Under the pieces are notes generated by a model, which was not told the origin of the DNA, did no database searches, and saw nothing but the letters and a program-made list of their open reading frames with translations. DNA of 64,000 bases from an uncultured Methanosarcinales archaeon (GTDB lineage: Archaea > Nanobdellota > Nanobdellia > Woesearchaeales > JAHJBD01), in assembly GCA_964534665.1 (NCBI GenBank), contig CAZHRT010000001.1:76037-140036 (forward strand), in the 5' to 3' direction. The position numbers and the translations under genes were made by a program. Below are positions 49,097 through 58,707 of this stretch, in pieces (the first letter of the stretch is position 1; every line of letters starts with the position of its first letter).

Positions 49097-49512
49097 TGGT
49101 TACAAATATTCGTAAAAAAAATAGCAGGCAAAAAGGAACCCATACACATGGTTGGGGCTCTAAAAAGAAACACCGTGGCGCAGGTAATCGTGGTGGTAGA
49201 GGTCTTGCTGGTAGTGGTAAAAGGTGTGGTGCAAATGCACCAACACATTGGAAAGAAAGATATTTTGGTAAACACGGATTCAAGAAAAAAGGTCAAAAAA
49301 TCAATTTTATAACTTTCAATGTAGGCGACATTGAAAAACTATCAAAAACAGAAATTAATCTTTCAGATTTAAAATTTAATAAACTGCTAGGCAACGGAAA
49401 AATTAACACAAAAGTTAAAATTACTGTTGATTATGCTTCTAAAAAAGCTATAGAAAAAGTAACCGCAGCTGGCGGAGAAATAATATTAAATAAAGAAGAA
49501 TCTAAAGGTTAA
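49096..49512 (+). CDS. rpl15: 50S ribosomal protein uL15
   Basis: THGWGSKKKHRGAGNRGGRG. Confidence 0.97.
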   Translation: MVTNIRKKNSRQKGTHTHGWGSKKKHRGAGNRGGRGLAGSGKRCGANAPTHWKERYFGKHGFKKKGQKINFITFNVGDIEKLSKTEINLSDLKFNKLLGNGKINTKVKITVDYASKKAIEKVTAAGGEIILNKEESKG

Positions 49513-49514
49513 CT

Positions 49515-50933
49515 ATGGGTCTATGGCAAAACATTTTATCAAATTTACCAGAAGTCGCGTCTCCTACTCAGAAACGTCTTGCGTTTAAAGAAAAACTGAA
49601 ATGGACGCTAATTACACTATTAATTTACTTTGTATTGGGTCTTTTACCATTATTTGGTCTTGGGGACAATGCATTACAAAGATTCGAATATTTATCAATT
49701 ATTCTTGGAGCAAAATTTGGTTCAATTATCTCTTTAGGTATAGGGCCTTTAGTTACATCATCAATTGTATTACAACTTTTAAATGGGTCAGGTATTGTTA
49801 AATTTGATCTAAATTCACACGAAGGTAAAAGAAATTTTCAAGGTGTCCAAAAATTATTAAGTATCTTCTTCATTATATTTGAAGCTGCTATTTATGTATT
49901 TATGGGTGGACTTGCACCAGCAGCTGCTTTGAAAGGTACACCAATCTTCTTCCAACTACAATTAATCTTAATATTTCAATTAATATTGGGTGGTATCCTA
50001 ATCATGTTTATGGATGAAGTTGTCTCAAAATGGGGCTTTGGTTCAGGAATATCCTTATTTATTGCAGCTGGTGTTTCACAAGGAATATTTGTTCAAGCAT
50101 TTAATTGGTTACCTGGTCCAAGTGGAATAGGTGGCATCACATATTCTTCAGGAGCAATACCTGCTATGTTTCAAGCTTTAGCATCAAGTGATCCAACAAC
50201 TGCTGGAATCAAACTTGGAGCGATATTGTCAACCTTAATTGTCTTTGCAGTAGTTGTTTATGTACAAGCAATGAAAGTTGAAATTCCATTAAGCTTTGGC
50301 AGAATACGTGGACACGGTATTAGATGGCCCTTAAGTTTTATGTATACTTCAAACATACCAGTTATTCTAGTTGCTGCTTTACTTGCAAACTTTCAATTAT
50401 GGGGAAGACTCCTCCAAAATTGGGGATTACCTATTTTAGGAGTATTTAGTGAACAAACAGGTGCACCAATTTCTGGATTAATCTACTGGGTTCAAGCACC
50501 AAACATTGTTAAAACAATTATTGAACAACAAACTTTCTCTATTGGTGGTGCAATTTATTTACAAGCAGCAGTCTATGCCCTATTCATGATGCTTGGTTCT
50601 GTTATTTTTGCTTTATTTTGGGTACAAACTTCTGGTATGGATGCCAGGTCACAAGCAAAACAAATGATGTCTTCTGGACTTCAAATTCCTGGATTTAGAA
50701 AAGATGAAAGAGTATTAGAAAGACTATTAAACAGATATATTTGGCCTTTAACAGTAATGGGTGGATTATCAGTTGGTTTCTTAGCTGCGCTTGCAGATCT
50801 AACTGGTGCTTTATCAAGAGGTACAGGTATATTATTAGCTGTTATGATTATTTACAAACTATATGAAGAAATTGCAAAACAACATATGATGGATATGAAT
50901 CCAATGATGCGTAAGTTCATGGGGGGCTTTTAA
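49515..50933 (+). CDS. secY: Preprotein translocase SecY
   Basis: LGIGPLVTSSI; GFGSGISLFI; YTSNIP; IPGFR. Confidence 0.98.
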   Translation: MGLWQNILSNLPEVASPTQKRLAFKEKLKWTLITLLIYFVLGLLPLFGLGDNALQRFEYLSIILGAKFGSIISLGIGPLVTSSIVLQLLNGSGIVKFDLNSHEGKRNFQGVQKLLSIFFIIFEAAIYVFMGGLAPAAALKGTPIFFQLQLILIFQLILGGILIMFMDEVVSKWGFGSGISLFIAAGVSQGIFVQAFNWLPGPSGIGGITYSSGAIPAMFQALASSDPTTAGIKLGAILSTLIVFAVVVYVQAMKVEIPLSFGRIRGHGIRWPLSFMYTSNIPVILVAALLANFQLWGRLLQNWGLPILGVFSEQTGAPISGLIYWVQAPNIVKTIIEQQTFSIGGAIYLQAAVYALFMMLGSVIFALFWVQTSGMDARSQAKQMMSSGLQIPGFRKDERVLERLLNRYIWPLTVMGGLSVGFLAALADLTGALSRGTGILLAVMIIYKLYEEIAKQHMMDMNPMMRKFMGGF

Positions 50934-51695
50934 ATGGTATTTGGTAATCTTTTAAATCCAGTATTTTCACCACTATTAGCACTACATCCTGCATGGATAG
51001 TGTTCATCATTTCTGCTATTGTATCCATATTAATCACAGTAATCTATAAGCTAACAACAAACCAAAGTCTTATGAAAGATCTTAAATCTGAATTAAAAGA
51101 ATTTCAAAAAGAGATGAAAGAACTTAGAGACAATCCTAAAGAAATGATGGCTGTTCAGAAAAAAGCTATGCAAACAAATATGAAATATATGAGCCATTCA
51201 ATGAAATCTACATTATTCACTTTTATACCAGTTATCTTAATCTTTGGGTGGATGAATGCAAATGTTGCATTTGAACCAGTATTTCCTGGACAAGAATTTA
51301 GTATAACTGCTCAATTTGATAAAGATACTGCTGGAACAATAGACTTAATATTCCCAGAAGGTATTGATATTATTGGTAATAATCTTAAAGATATAGAAAA
51401 TAATCAAGCAACCTGGACATTAAAAGGTCAAAAAGGAGATTATTTAGATGGAAATTCTCTACAATTAGTCTATAAAGATGATACATATTACAAAGATTTA
51501 ATAATAGACAATAAACAACGTTATTCAGAACCAATTAAATCAATTAAAAACAGTGACTTAAAATCCATTAAAATAAACAACAAAGAAATGAAGATTCTAA
51601 AAGTCTTCGGCCTAGAAATTGGGTGGCTCTGGTCATACATTATATTTTCAATTATATTCAGTATGACTTTAAGAAAATGGATGAAAGTTTACTAG
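50934..51695 (+). CDS. DUF106/EMC3/TMCO1 (Oxa1-superfamily) membrane insertase with extracellular insert
   Basis: TM, coiled coil, TM...GWLWSYII; conserved position after secY. Confidence 0.88.
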   Translation: MVFGNLLNPVFSPLLALHPAWIVFIISAIVSILITVIYKLTTNQSLMKDLKSELKEFQKEMKELRDNPKEMMAVQKKAMQTNMKYMSHSMKSTLFTFIPVILIFGWMNANVAFEPVFPGQEFSITAQFDKDTAGTIDLIFPEGIDIIGNNLKDIENNQATWTLKGQKGDYLDGNSLQLVYKDDTYYKDLIIDNKQRYSEPIKSIKNSDLKSIKINNKEMKILKVFGLEIGWLWSYIIFSIIFSMTLRKWMKVY

Positions 51696-51704
51696 GAGGC
51701 AAAA

Positions 51705-51968
51705 ATGAAAGTTCCAAAATCCAAATCAAAAAGAAAAGTGTTTGTAAAAACCCCTGGTGGAAAGACCATAGTACATTATAAACCTAAAAAACCAAAAGTA
51801 GCACATTGTAGTAATTGTGGTGATAGTTTAAAAGGTGTTATAAGGGGAACATCAGCACAAATTAAGAATGCAACAAAGACACAAAAAAGGCCAACAAGAC
51901 CATATGGTGGCGTTCTTTGTAGTAAATGCACACGTGAAACAATCAAAAACAAAGCAAGATCTCAATAG
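51705..51968 (+). CDS. rpl34e: 50S ribosomal protein eL34
   Basis: KTPGG; CSNCG; RPYGGVLCSKC. Confidence 0.96.
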   Translation: MKVPKSKSKRKVFVKTPGGKTIVHYKPKKPKVAHCSNCGDSLKGVIRGTSAQIKNATKTQKRPTRPYGGVLCSKCTRETIKNKARSQ

Positions 51969-52013
51969 GTATGTGGTGACAATACCTGATTAAATCTGAG
52001 GTTGGAGGAAAAA

Positions 52014-52475
52014 ATGATAGAAGTAGGAAGAAAATGTATAAAACTTGCTGGTAGAGACGCAGGTAAAAAAGCAATTATAGTAGAAATCCAAGATGATACT
52101 TATGTTCTAATTGATGGTGAAGTTAGAAGAAAAAAATGTAATATTAACCATCTAGAATTATTAAATGAAGTAGTTAAGATATCAAAAGGCGCATCTTCAG
52201 AAGAAGTTGCTAAAGCATTAGGCATAGACTTAAAGAAAACAAAACCTAAACCAAAAGTAGAAAGACCAAAAAAAGTTAGGGGAAAGAAAAAATTATTAGA
52301 AGAAAAGTCTAAAGAAAAACCTAAGAAAAAAGCAGAAACTAAGACTAAACCTACTCAAAAAGAAGAAACTTTAGAAACTTTAGCAGATGAAGGTAAAGAA
52401 ACAAAAGAAGGGCAAAGCTCTTCTGAGTCTCAAAAATCTCCAATTTCAGATAAGCCTAAACCTAAAAAAGAATAA
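52014..52475 (+). CDS. rpl14e: 50S ribosomal protein eL14 with C-terminal extension
   Basis: EVGRKCIKLAGRDAGK; RKKCNINHLE. Confidence 0.95.
   Translation: MIEVGRKCIKLAGRDAGKKAIIVEIQDDTYVLIDGEVRRKKCNINHLELLNEVVKISKGASSEEVAKALGIDLKKTKPKPKVERPKKVRGKKKLLEEKSKEKPKKKAETKTKPTQKEETLETLADEGKETKEGQSSSESQKSPISDKPKPKKE
52406..52450. repeat. In-frame degenerate palindromic element in the rpl14e tail
   Basis: AGAAGGGC-AAA-GCTCTTCT-GAGTCTC-AAAAATC..ATTTCAGA, encoding EGQSSSESQKSPISD. Confidence 0.5.
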
Positions 52476-52484
52476 TTTTATTTC

Positions 52485-52637
52485 TTATCTTTCTTTTATT
52501 ATTAAATACACCCCAGCAGCTACAGCAGCCAAAGACAATAAAGATCTACTTATATAAATAAAAGGTATTTGTATATATTGCAATACTGCTAAAATTAATA
52601 AAATTACACCTAACCAAAAACCAATTCCTCTTTTCAT
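52485..52637 (-). CDS. Small two-TM membrane protein (50 aa)
   Basis: Hand translation MKRGIGFWLGVILLILAVLQYIQIPFIYISRSLLSLAAVAAGVYLIIKER; ATGA overlap with the pheT stop. Confidence 0.7.
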   Translation of the reverse strand: MKRGIGFWLGVILLILAVLQYIQIPFIYISRSLLSLAAVAAGVYLIIKER

Positions 52638-54286
52638 TGTATCACCTTATATATTTCTGTTAAATTAATCTCAAATGCAACCGCAGGCATTTCTAATCCA
52701 CAATTGTCCAAAACAATTGGTATAATTTCACCAATAAAACCTACTTTTTTTCCATCAACAATAACTCTTCCAACCCTACCAGGAATAAATGTATCATGAT
52801 CTACTTCTTCAATTTCATATTGAACATTTAACATTCTCAATAAATAATCAAGTGCTTGTTTAGCTTCAGTATAATCTGCTTTTTCATTAGCAGAAACATA
52901 TGCCAATCTTTCATAATCAATAACCCATTCACCCTTCTTAACAGTAACAAGTCCTTGCTCAAATATTTTCTGAGGATATTCAACATGCTTATTCTTAGAT
53001 AAACAATCCATTAATATAGGAATTAACCATGTTCGAACAACAGAATAGCTTTCTGACATATATGCTTTAATTTCAACAGTTCCAAAATCTTTAAGATTCA
53101 TTTTGTTATACAATACCTCTTTGCTAGATAATATTGGGCTCATTATCTCTTGACAGCCAAGACCTGCCATTACATCCCTTGCTTTATCAATAAGTTTCAC
53201 AATAGGTAAACTGTTACCAATAGTAAAACTAGTCAATGGTTTTTCATCAATATTATCATACCCATACATTATTCCAATATCTTCAATAACGTCAACTTGA
53301 TGTAAAATATCTTTTCTATAATGTGGGATAGAAACCTTCCCATTTGTATAATTATAACCTGCTTTTTCAACTAGCTTCTTCATATCAGATTCTTTTAATT
53401 CTAAACCTAACAAAGACTTAATCTTAGAATTATCAACTTTAATAGTCTCATTAAACATATGAGGTGTAGTTATTTTTTTATCTGGATAATTTATATCAAC
53501 AGATTCTATTTTAAATCCTCTTTCAAAAAAGGCTTGTGCAAATATATTAGTTGCTAAATTTAATGAATCTGAATCAAGACCAGTTGCTTCAAAGAATAAA
53601 TCTTCTTCACCTTCATCAACCCTACCAGTATTATTTGAATTAATAACTGGTGGAAAACTTAAAACTTCACCATTGTCATCAATTAATATTGGATATTTCT
53701 TAAAGCCTTCAAGAATCCAAGCATATTCCTTACCCTTAGGATGACTTTCTAAAATCTCTCCAGGAGTCATTTCACGTTTAAAATCTAAAGGTGTAAAAGA
53801 AATAGATTCTGGATCTATAGCCTTATAATATACTGGAAACTTAATTTTCTTGTATGAATATATCCCAATTGCAACCTTCTGTCTTTTTCTGCCATAATTA
53901 TCACAAAGTTTTTCTTGTAATTGTATTAATTGTTTTATTAAATAATCGTCAATCTTCTTACCTTTAGCAATAAACGCAGAGATGTATGGCCTAACCTTAC
54001 TAACAGAACTATCAACCTTAACACTATATCCTGATTTCTTAAAATCAAGTTTTGCAATACCTTTATCTAAACCAAGTATCCTTCTAAATAACCTTGCAAC
54101 CCCTTCAATACTCCAAAGATAAGGTAAATTAGTATCACCAAAATCAATCTTAATTTCATCTGTTTTTTCATTATAACCTTCATAGTCACCCTTACCATAA
54201 GCTGCTAATTCTTCTACTTGCTCTAGTTTAAGCTTCTTTCCAACTAGCTTTTCTAAATCCTTTAATGCAAATGTTATTGTTGGCAT
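52634..54286 (-). CDS. pheT: Phenylalanyl-tRNA synthetase beta subunit (archaeal type)
   Basis: IQLQEKL; VLSFPPVINS; DVIEDIGIMYGY. Confidence 0.96.
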   Translation of the reverse strand: MPTITFALKDLEKLVGKKLKLEQVEELAAYGKGDYEGYNEKTDEIKIDFGDTNLPYLWSIEGVARLFRRILGLDKGIAKLDFKKSGYSVKVDSSVSKVRPYISAFIAKGKKIDDYLIKQLIQLQEKLCDNYGRKRQKVAIGIYSYKKIKFPVYYKAIDPESISFTPLDFKREMTPGEILESHPKGKEYAWILEGFKKYPILIDDNGEVLSFPPVINSNNTGRVDEGEEDLFFEATGLDSDSLNLATNIFAQAFFERGFKIESVDINYPDKKITTPHMFNETIKVDNSKIKSLLGLELKESDMKKLVEKAGYNYTNGKVSIPHYRKDILHQVDVIEDIGIMYGYDNIDEKPLTSFTIGNSLPIVKLIDKARDVMAGLGCQEIMSPILSSKEVLYNKMNLKDFGTVEIKAYMSESYSVVRTWLIPILMDCLSKNKHVEYPQKIFEQGLVTVKKGEWVIDYERLAYVSANEKADYTEAKQALDYLLRMLNVQYEIEEVDHDTFIPGRVGRVIVDGKKVGFIGEIIPIVLDNCGLEMPAVAFEINLTEIYKVIQ

Positions 54287-55812
54287 TATATTATCCTCAC
54301 ATTTCTCATAAAATCAAGATCATGACTAAACAATTTTCTAATATCTTTAATTCCTAATTTAAACATACCCAATCTATCAATACCAAGTCCCCAAGCCAAA
54401 ACTGATACATCTTTTCCAAGCAAAGGTTTAACAAGTTCTGGCCTAAATATCCCTGAACCACCAAGTTCAATCCACCCTAAATCTGGATGTTTAGCAAATA
54501 ACTCAGCAGATGGTTCTGTAAACGGAAAATAAGCTGGCTTAATCTTAATTTGCTCTGTTTCTGCAAATTCTTCTGCAAACATTTTAAGTAACCCTTTCAA
54601 ATGCCTAAAATCTAACCCTTCTTCAACTACAATACCTTCTGTTTGATAAAAATCACAATTATGTGTGGCGTCAATTACATCAGATCTAAAACATCTAGTA
54701 ACACCAAAATATTTACCAGGAATTTTTAGATCAGGTGAACTTAACATTCTTGCAGAACATGCAGTCCCTTGCGTCCTTAACAAAGTATTGTGTGTTCTTT
54801 TAACATCAAATTCATATTGCCACCCTTTTGATCCGGTTCCAAATCCTTTTTCATGTGCTTCTTTAACATTCTTAACCAACTTAGGATCAAGTTTCAAACT
54901 TGCCGGATCTTTAACATAATAAGCATCATGAATATCTCGTGCACTATGAAATTGTGGCATAAACAAAGAATCCATATTCCAAAATTCTGTTTCTACTATT
55001 GGACCAGTCATCTCACTAAACCCCATTGAAATAAATTTTTGTCTAACTTGATCCAAAAACCTTCTATAATGTTGTTTTTTACCTGCCCAAATCTTAGGCA
55101 CATTAATTTTAACATCATATCTTCTAAACTTAGTTTTTTTCCAACTTCCTTTAGAAATCATTTCTTTTGTTAATCTATCAAGAACATTCCCTATCTTAAT
55201 TCCTGATTCAATTATTTCCTTACCAAGATCTGTTAATTCTGCTTCCTTTTCTTTATCAATAACAATCTTAACAATATCTTTTCTTTTCCTAAGATTATCT
55301 AAACAAAACTTTTCTTCATCTTTTAAAGATTCAAGTTCAATAGGAAAATCCTTTGCAAGAAAATCTTCTTCTAAGAAACCTTTTTCTAAAAGTTTCTTTC
55401 CTTGGTCTAATATTTTAACTTTAATATCTCCACGTTCTTTAGATATTAAAACAGCAGCCTTACTTCGAAGTACACCCAAACAAATACTTAATTCATCTTT
55501 AGCAAGACCAGACTTCTTCATTATTTCACTAAAACCTAATGTTTTAATCTTAACCGATTCAAGAAATCTCTTCTCAGGTAACCCAATTTTAGCATATTTA
55601 ATTCCGTTATCTCCCAATTCTATTAATTCTTTAACTTCCTCAGATAACTTAATTATTTCTTTATTTTGTAGCCATTGTAAAGCGCGCATAACTTCAACTT
55701 CTTTTAACCCAGATGCTTTAACAATATCTGCAAAAACAGAACATTTGTCTAATACTGGAAGAACCTTTTGTTCTAACGGATGTAATCCATCAATAATCTT
55801 ATTTAAGTCCAT
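54286..55812 (-). CDS. pheS: Phenylalanyl-tRNA synthetase alpha subunit (archaeal type)
   Basis: FWNMDSLFMPQFHSARD; YFPFTEPS; AWGLGIDR. Confidence 0.97.
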   Translation of the reverse strand: MDLNKIIDGLHPLEQKVLPVLDKCSVFADIVKASGLKEVEVMRALQWLQNKEIIKLSEEVKELIELGDNGIKYAKIGLPEKRFLESVKIKTLGFSEIMKKSGLAKDELSICLGVLRSKAAVLISKERGDIKVKILDQGKKLLEKGFLEEDFLAKDFPIELESLKDEEKFCLDNLRKRKDIVKIVIDKEKEAELTDLGKEIIESGIKIGNVLDRLTKEMISKGSWKKTKFRRYDVKINVPKIWAGKKQHYRRFLDQVRQKFISMGFSEMTGPIVETEFWNMDSLFMPQFHSARDIHDAYYVKDPASLKLDPKLVKNVKEAHEKGFGTGSKGWQYEFDVKRTHNTLLRTQGTACSARMLSSPDLKIPGKYFGVTRCFRSDVIDATHNCDFYQTEGIVVEEGLDFRHLKGLLKMFAEEFAETEQIKIKPAYFPFTEPSAELFAKHPDLGWIELGGSGIFRPELVKPLLGKDVSVLAWGLGIDRLGMFKLGIKDIRKLFSHDLDFMRNVRII

Positions 55813-55839
55813 TTTTATTATTCAATAAATCAATTATAA

Positions 55840-55855
55840 CATTTATATATTTTTC
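55840..55855 (-). promoter_or_regulatory. BRE/TATA-like promoter for pheS
   Basis: Minus strand GAAAAATATATAAAT ~30-40 nt upstream of the pheS ATG. Confidence 0.55.
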
Positions 55856-56665
55856 TTAATAAACTCTAGGATAAGACCCTAAAATCCTCAAATATGCGAC
55901 TTTCTTAATTTTTTCAAATGATTCCTTAACAGATTCGTCTTCTTCGTGCCCTTCAAAATCTATATAGAATACATAATCACCTAATTTTCCTTTTGATGGC
56001 CTTGATTCTATCTTTGTAAGATTGATCTTATTATTTGCAAATTCTCCAAGCAAACTATACAATAGTCCTGGTTTATCAGATTGTGGATAAATTGTAACAC
56101 TTGTCCTATCTTTCCCAGTTTTTTTAGCCTTACCCCTACTTATAACAATAAACCTAGTTACATTATGACTACTATCTTGGATATTCTTTTTTATTATATC
56201 CAAAGAATATATCTTCGCAGCTGCGTTTGGTATTATTGCAGCTCTTGTAGGGTCATTTTTCCTAGATACAGTCTCTGCAGACTTTGAATTTGAACTTGTT
56301 CTAGATATGTCTGCGTTCGGAAAATATTTTCTAATGAACTTTTCACATTGTGACAAGGTTTGTGGATGAGCATATATCTTCCGTATTTGGTCAACTTTTC
56401 CAATTCCTGCAAGATTATGTTTAATTGGTAGCAAAAGCTCAGCAATAATATTAAAATCAAATTCCATTAAGGAATCTAATGTCGAACTTACTGGTCCAGA
56501 TACTGAATTCTCAATAGGTACAATACCAATATCAGCTTCCAAATTCTTAATTGCATCAAAAACATACCAAATAGTTTTCTTAAAAACTAATTCAGCATCT
56601 TTATCATACTTTAATGCAGCTTCGTTACTAAAAGAACCTTTTGGACCTAAAACTGCAACCTTCAT
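55856..56665 (-). CDS. pheA: Prephenate dehydratase (monofunctional, with ACT domain)
   Basis: LGPKGSFS; VPIENS; NVTRF; NLTKIESRP. Confidence 0.95.
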   Translation of the reverse strand: MKVAVLGPKGSFSNEAALKYDKDAELVFKKTIWYVFDAIKNLEADIGIVPIENSVSGPVSSTLDSLMEFDFNIIAELLLPIKHNLAGIGKVDQIRKIYAHPQTLSQCEKFIRKYFPNADISRTSSNSKSAETVSRKNDPTRAAIIPNAAAKIYSLDIIKKNIQDSSHNVTRFIVISRGKAKKTGKDRTSVTIYPQSDKPGLLYSLLGEFANNKINLTKIESRPSKGKLGDYVFYIDFEGHEEDESVKESFEKIKKVAYLRILGSYPRVY

Positions 56666-57498
56666 TTCTTCACCATTTTCTCTATTAAATAATCCGATTC
56701 TTTCTCAGCTTCTTTTTTAAAATCTCCAAGATAATCAGCTGACTCTTTAAAATAATTAATAAAACCTTCTCTATCCTTTTTAACAATTGTTTTTAACAAT
56801 TTCTCAGAAGAATCTAAATATGCTTTAATCGCATTCTTAACTTCAGGATTTAATATTTCTATATCTGCATAAAGCTCAGGATCTTGATTAAGAATTCTTC
56901 CTAACATATCTAACCTTAATTTATAGATTGGCGATGCGTAATCAAGACTATCCTTAATATCTATTTCCATCTCTTTTAATGCATGTGAAACAGTAATCGT
57001 ACTAAAATGTACCAAGCCTTGAATAACAGCCATCATCTTATCATGTTTTTCAGGTGTAGCAACCTTAATCTTGGCTCCATTTTTATCTAATAAGTCCTTT
57101 AACCAGGGCAACCATTTTTTTCCTCTAGCAGGACACAATACTATAGACTGCCCTTTAATTGAACCAACACCTGGCCCAAAAACAGGGTGTGTTCCAATAA
57201 CTTCACACTTAGAATGATTTAACATTGCTTCAACAGGCGCAATCTTAATTGAAGTAAGATCTATTAACAAAGATTCTTCTTTAACTAGGGGACCTATTTT
57301 CTTTATTACATCAACAGTAGATTTAATTGGAACTGTAATAACAACAACATCTGATTGTGAAACACAATCCTCAACAGAAAGTTCTGTTGATCTGCTAGCT
57401 ATCAAAACCTTACAATTATTTTGTTCAAATAATCTCTTGAAGAACTGGCCCATTCCGCCAGTACCTCCAATGATTCCAATAGTTACTTTATTTTTCAT
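56662..57498 (-). CDS. tyrA: Prephenate/arogenate dehydrogenase
   Basis: IIGGTGGMG; DLTSIK; HPVFGP; HDKMMAVIQGLVH. Confidence 0.93.
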   Translation of the reverse strand: MKNKVTIGIIGGTGGMGQFFKRLFEQNNCKVLIASRSTELSVEDCVSQSDVVVITVPIKSTVDVIKKIGPLVKEESLLIDLTSIKIAPVEAMLNHSKCEVIGTHPVFGPGVGSIKGQSIVLCPARGKKWLPWLKDLLDKNGAKIKVATPEKHDKMMAVIQGLVHFSTITVSHALKEMEIDIKDSLDYASPIYKLRLDMLGRILNQDPELYADIEILNPEVKNAIKAYLDSSEKLLKTIVKKDREGFINYFKESADYLGDFKKEAEKESDYLIEKMVKK

Positions 57499-57546
57499 TT
57501 TCCTTTAATTTCTTTGAAAATCAAAGATTTTTAAAGCCTTCAAAAT

Positions 57547-58707
57547 CTAATCATTAGATTTCAAAGACGTCCATTTATCATCTAACTTTACAATGCCATC
57601 ATAAGCCCTTGACATATATAATGAATCAAGAACTGCACAAGCAGCCATTGCTTCAGCTACAACATATATCCTTGCAAGTAATGTAGGATCTCTTCTTGTA
57701 ACTGGATCAAGTTCTTCTTCTTTCATTTTTTTCATATTAACTGTAGTCTGTTTAACAGATACTGTTGGTGTTGGTTTAATTGCAATACGCATTACAATAT
57801 CTTCACCTATTGTCATGCCACCAAGTGTTCCACCACAATTATTTGTCTTAAACCTTATTTTACCATCTTCTCTTAAATAAGGTTGATCATTAAATTCTGA
57901 GCCTTTCATATTTCCGCATTTGAAACCTACACCAAATTCAATGCCTTTAACAGCACCAATTCCCATTATTGCTGAACTTAAGGTTGCTGAAATCTTATCA
58001 AAAACAGGTTCACCTAATCCGCCTGGAAGATTATGAATCCTTAATTCAATTATTCCTCCTGCTGTATCCCCTTCTTTTTTTATTTCTAAGACTCTTTCTT
58101 CCATTTTTTCTGCAGCTTCTAGGTCTGGACAGTTAATTTCTGTCTTTCTATAGTTTTTCTTTGCTTCTTCATACGTAATATTTTCTTTAGCCTTAATATC
58201 CATACATTGAACTGTATATGCTAAGACATCTATTCCTTCATTAGCAAGTATATGTTTTGCAACTGCACCTGCTGCTACTCTTGTTACTGTTTCTCTTCCA
58301 GATGCTCTTCCTGCTCCGCACCAATCTTGAGATTCACCATACTTATAGAAGAATGGTAATGTTGCGTGTCCTGGTCTAAAAAGGTCTTTATATTGTCCAT
58401 ATTGGTCAATATGTACTTTTTGAGTATCAACATTATAAATCATTATTCCTAAGGGTGCACCAGTTGTAACACCATCTTGCCCATATCCTGCAAATATTTC
58501 ACATTGGTCAAGTTCTTTTCTTGGACTGTTTAATTTCCCAACACCAGGTTTTCTTTTATCTAACTCTGCTTGAATATCCTCTCTTGTTATTTTTAATCCA
58601 GCTGGAACACCATCAACAATTACTGAAAGTCCAGATCCTTTGCCTTTCCCGTAAGATTCACCACAAGTAGTAATTCTAAATAGTCTTCCAAATGTATTTC
58701 CCATCAT
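57547..58707 (-). CDS. aroC: Chorismate synthase
   Basis: GNTFGRLF..GES; RPGHA; RASGRET; IKPTPT. Confidence 0.95.
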   Translation of the reverse strand: MMGNTFGRLFRITTCGESYGKGKGSGLSVIVDGVPAGLKITREDIQAELDKRKPGVGKLNSPRKELDQCEIFAGYGQDGVTTGAPLGIMIYNVDTQKVHIDQYGQYKDLFRPGHATLPFFYKYGESQDWCGAGRASGRETVTRVAAGAVAKHILANEGIDVLAYTVQCMDIKAKENITYEEAKKNYRKTEINCPDLEAAEKMEERVLEIKKEGDTAGGIIELRIHNLPGGLGEPVFDKISATLSSAIMGIGAVKGIEFGVGFKCGNMKGSEFNDQPYLREDGKIRFKTNNCGGTLGGMTIGEDIVMRIAIKPTPTVSVKQTTVNMKKMKEEELDPVTRRDPTLLARIYVVAEAMAACAVLDSLYMSRAYDGIVKLDDKWTSLKSND

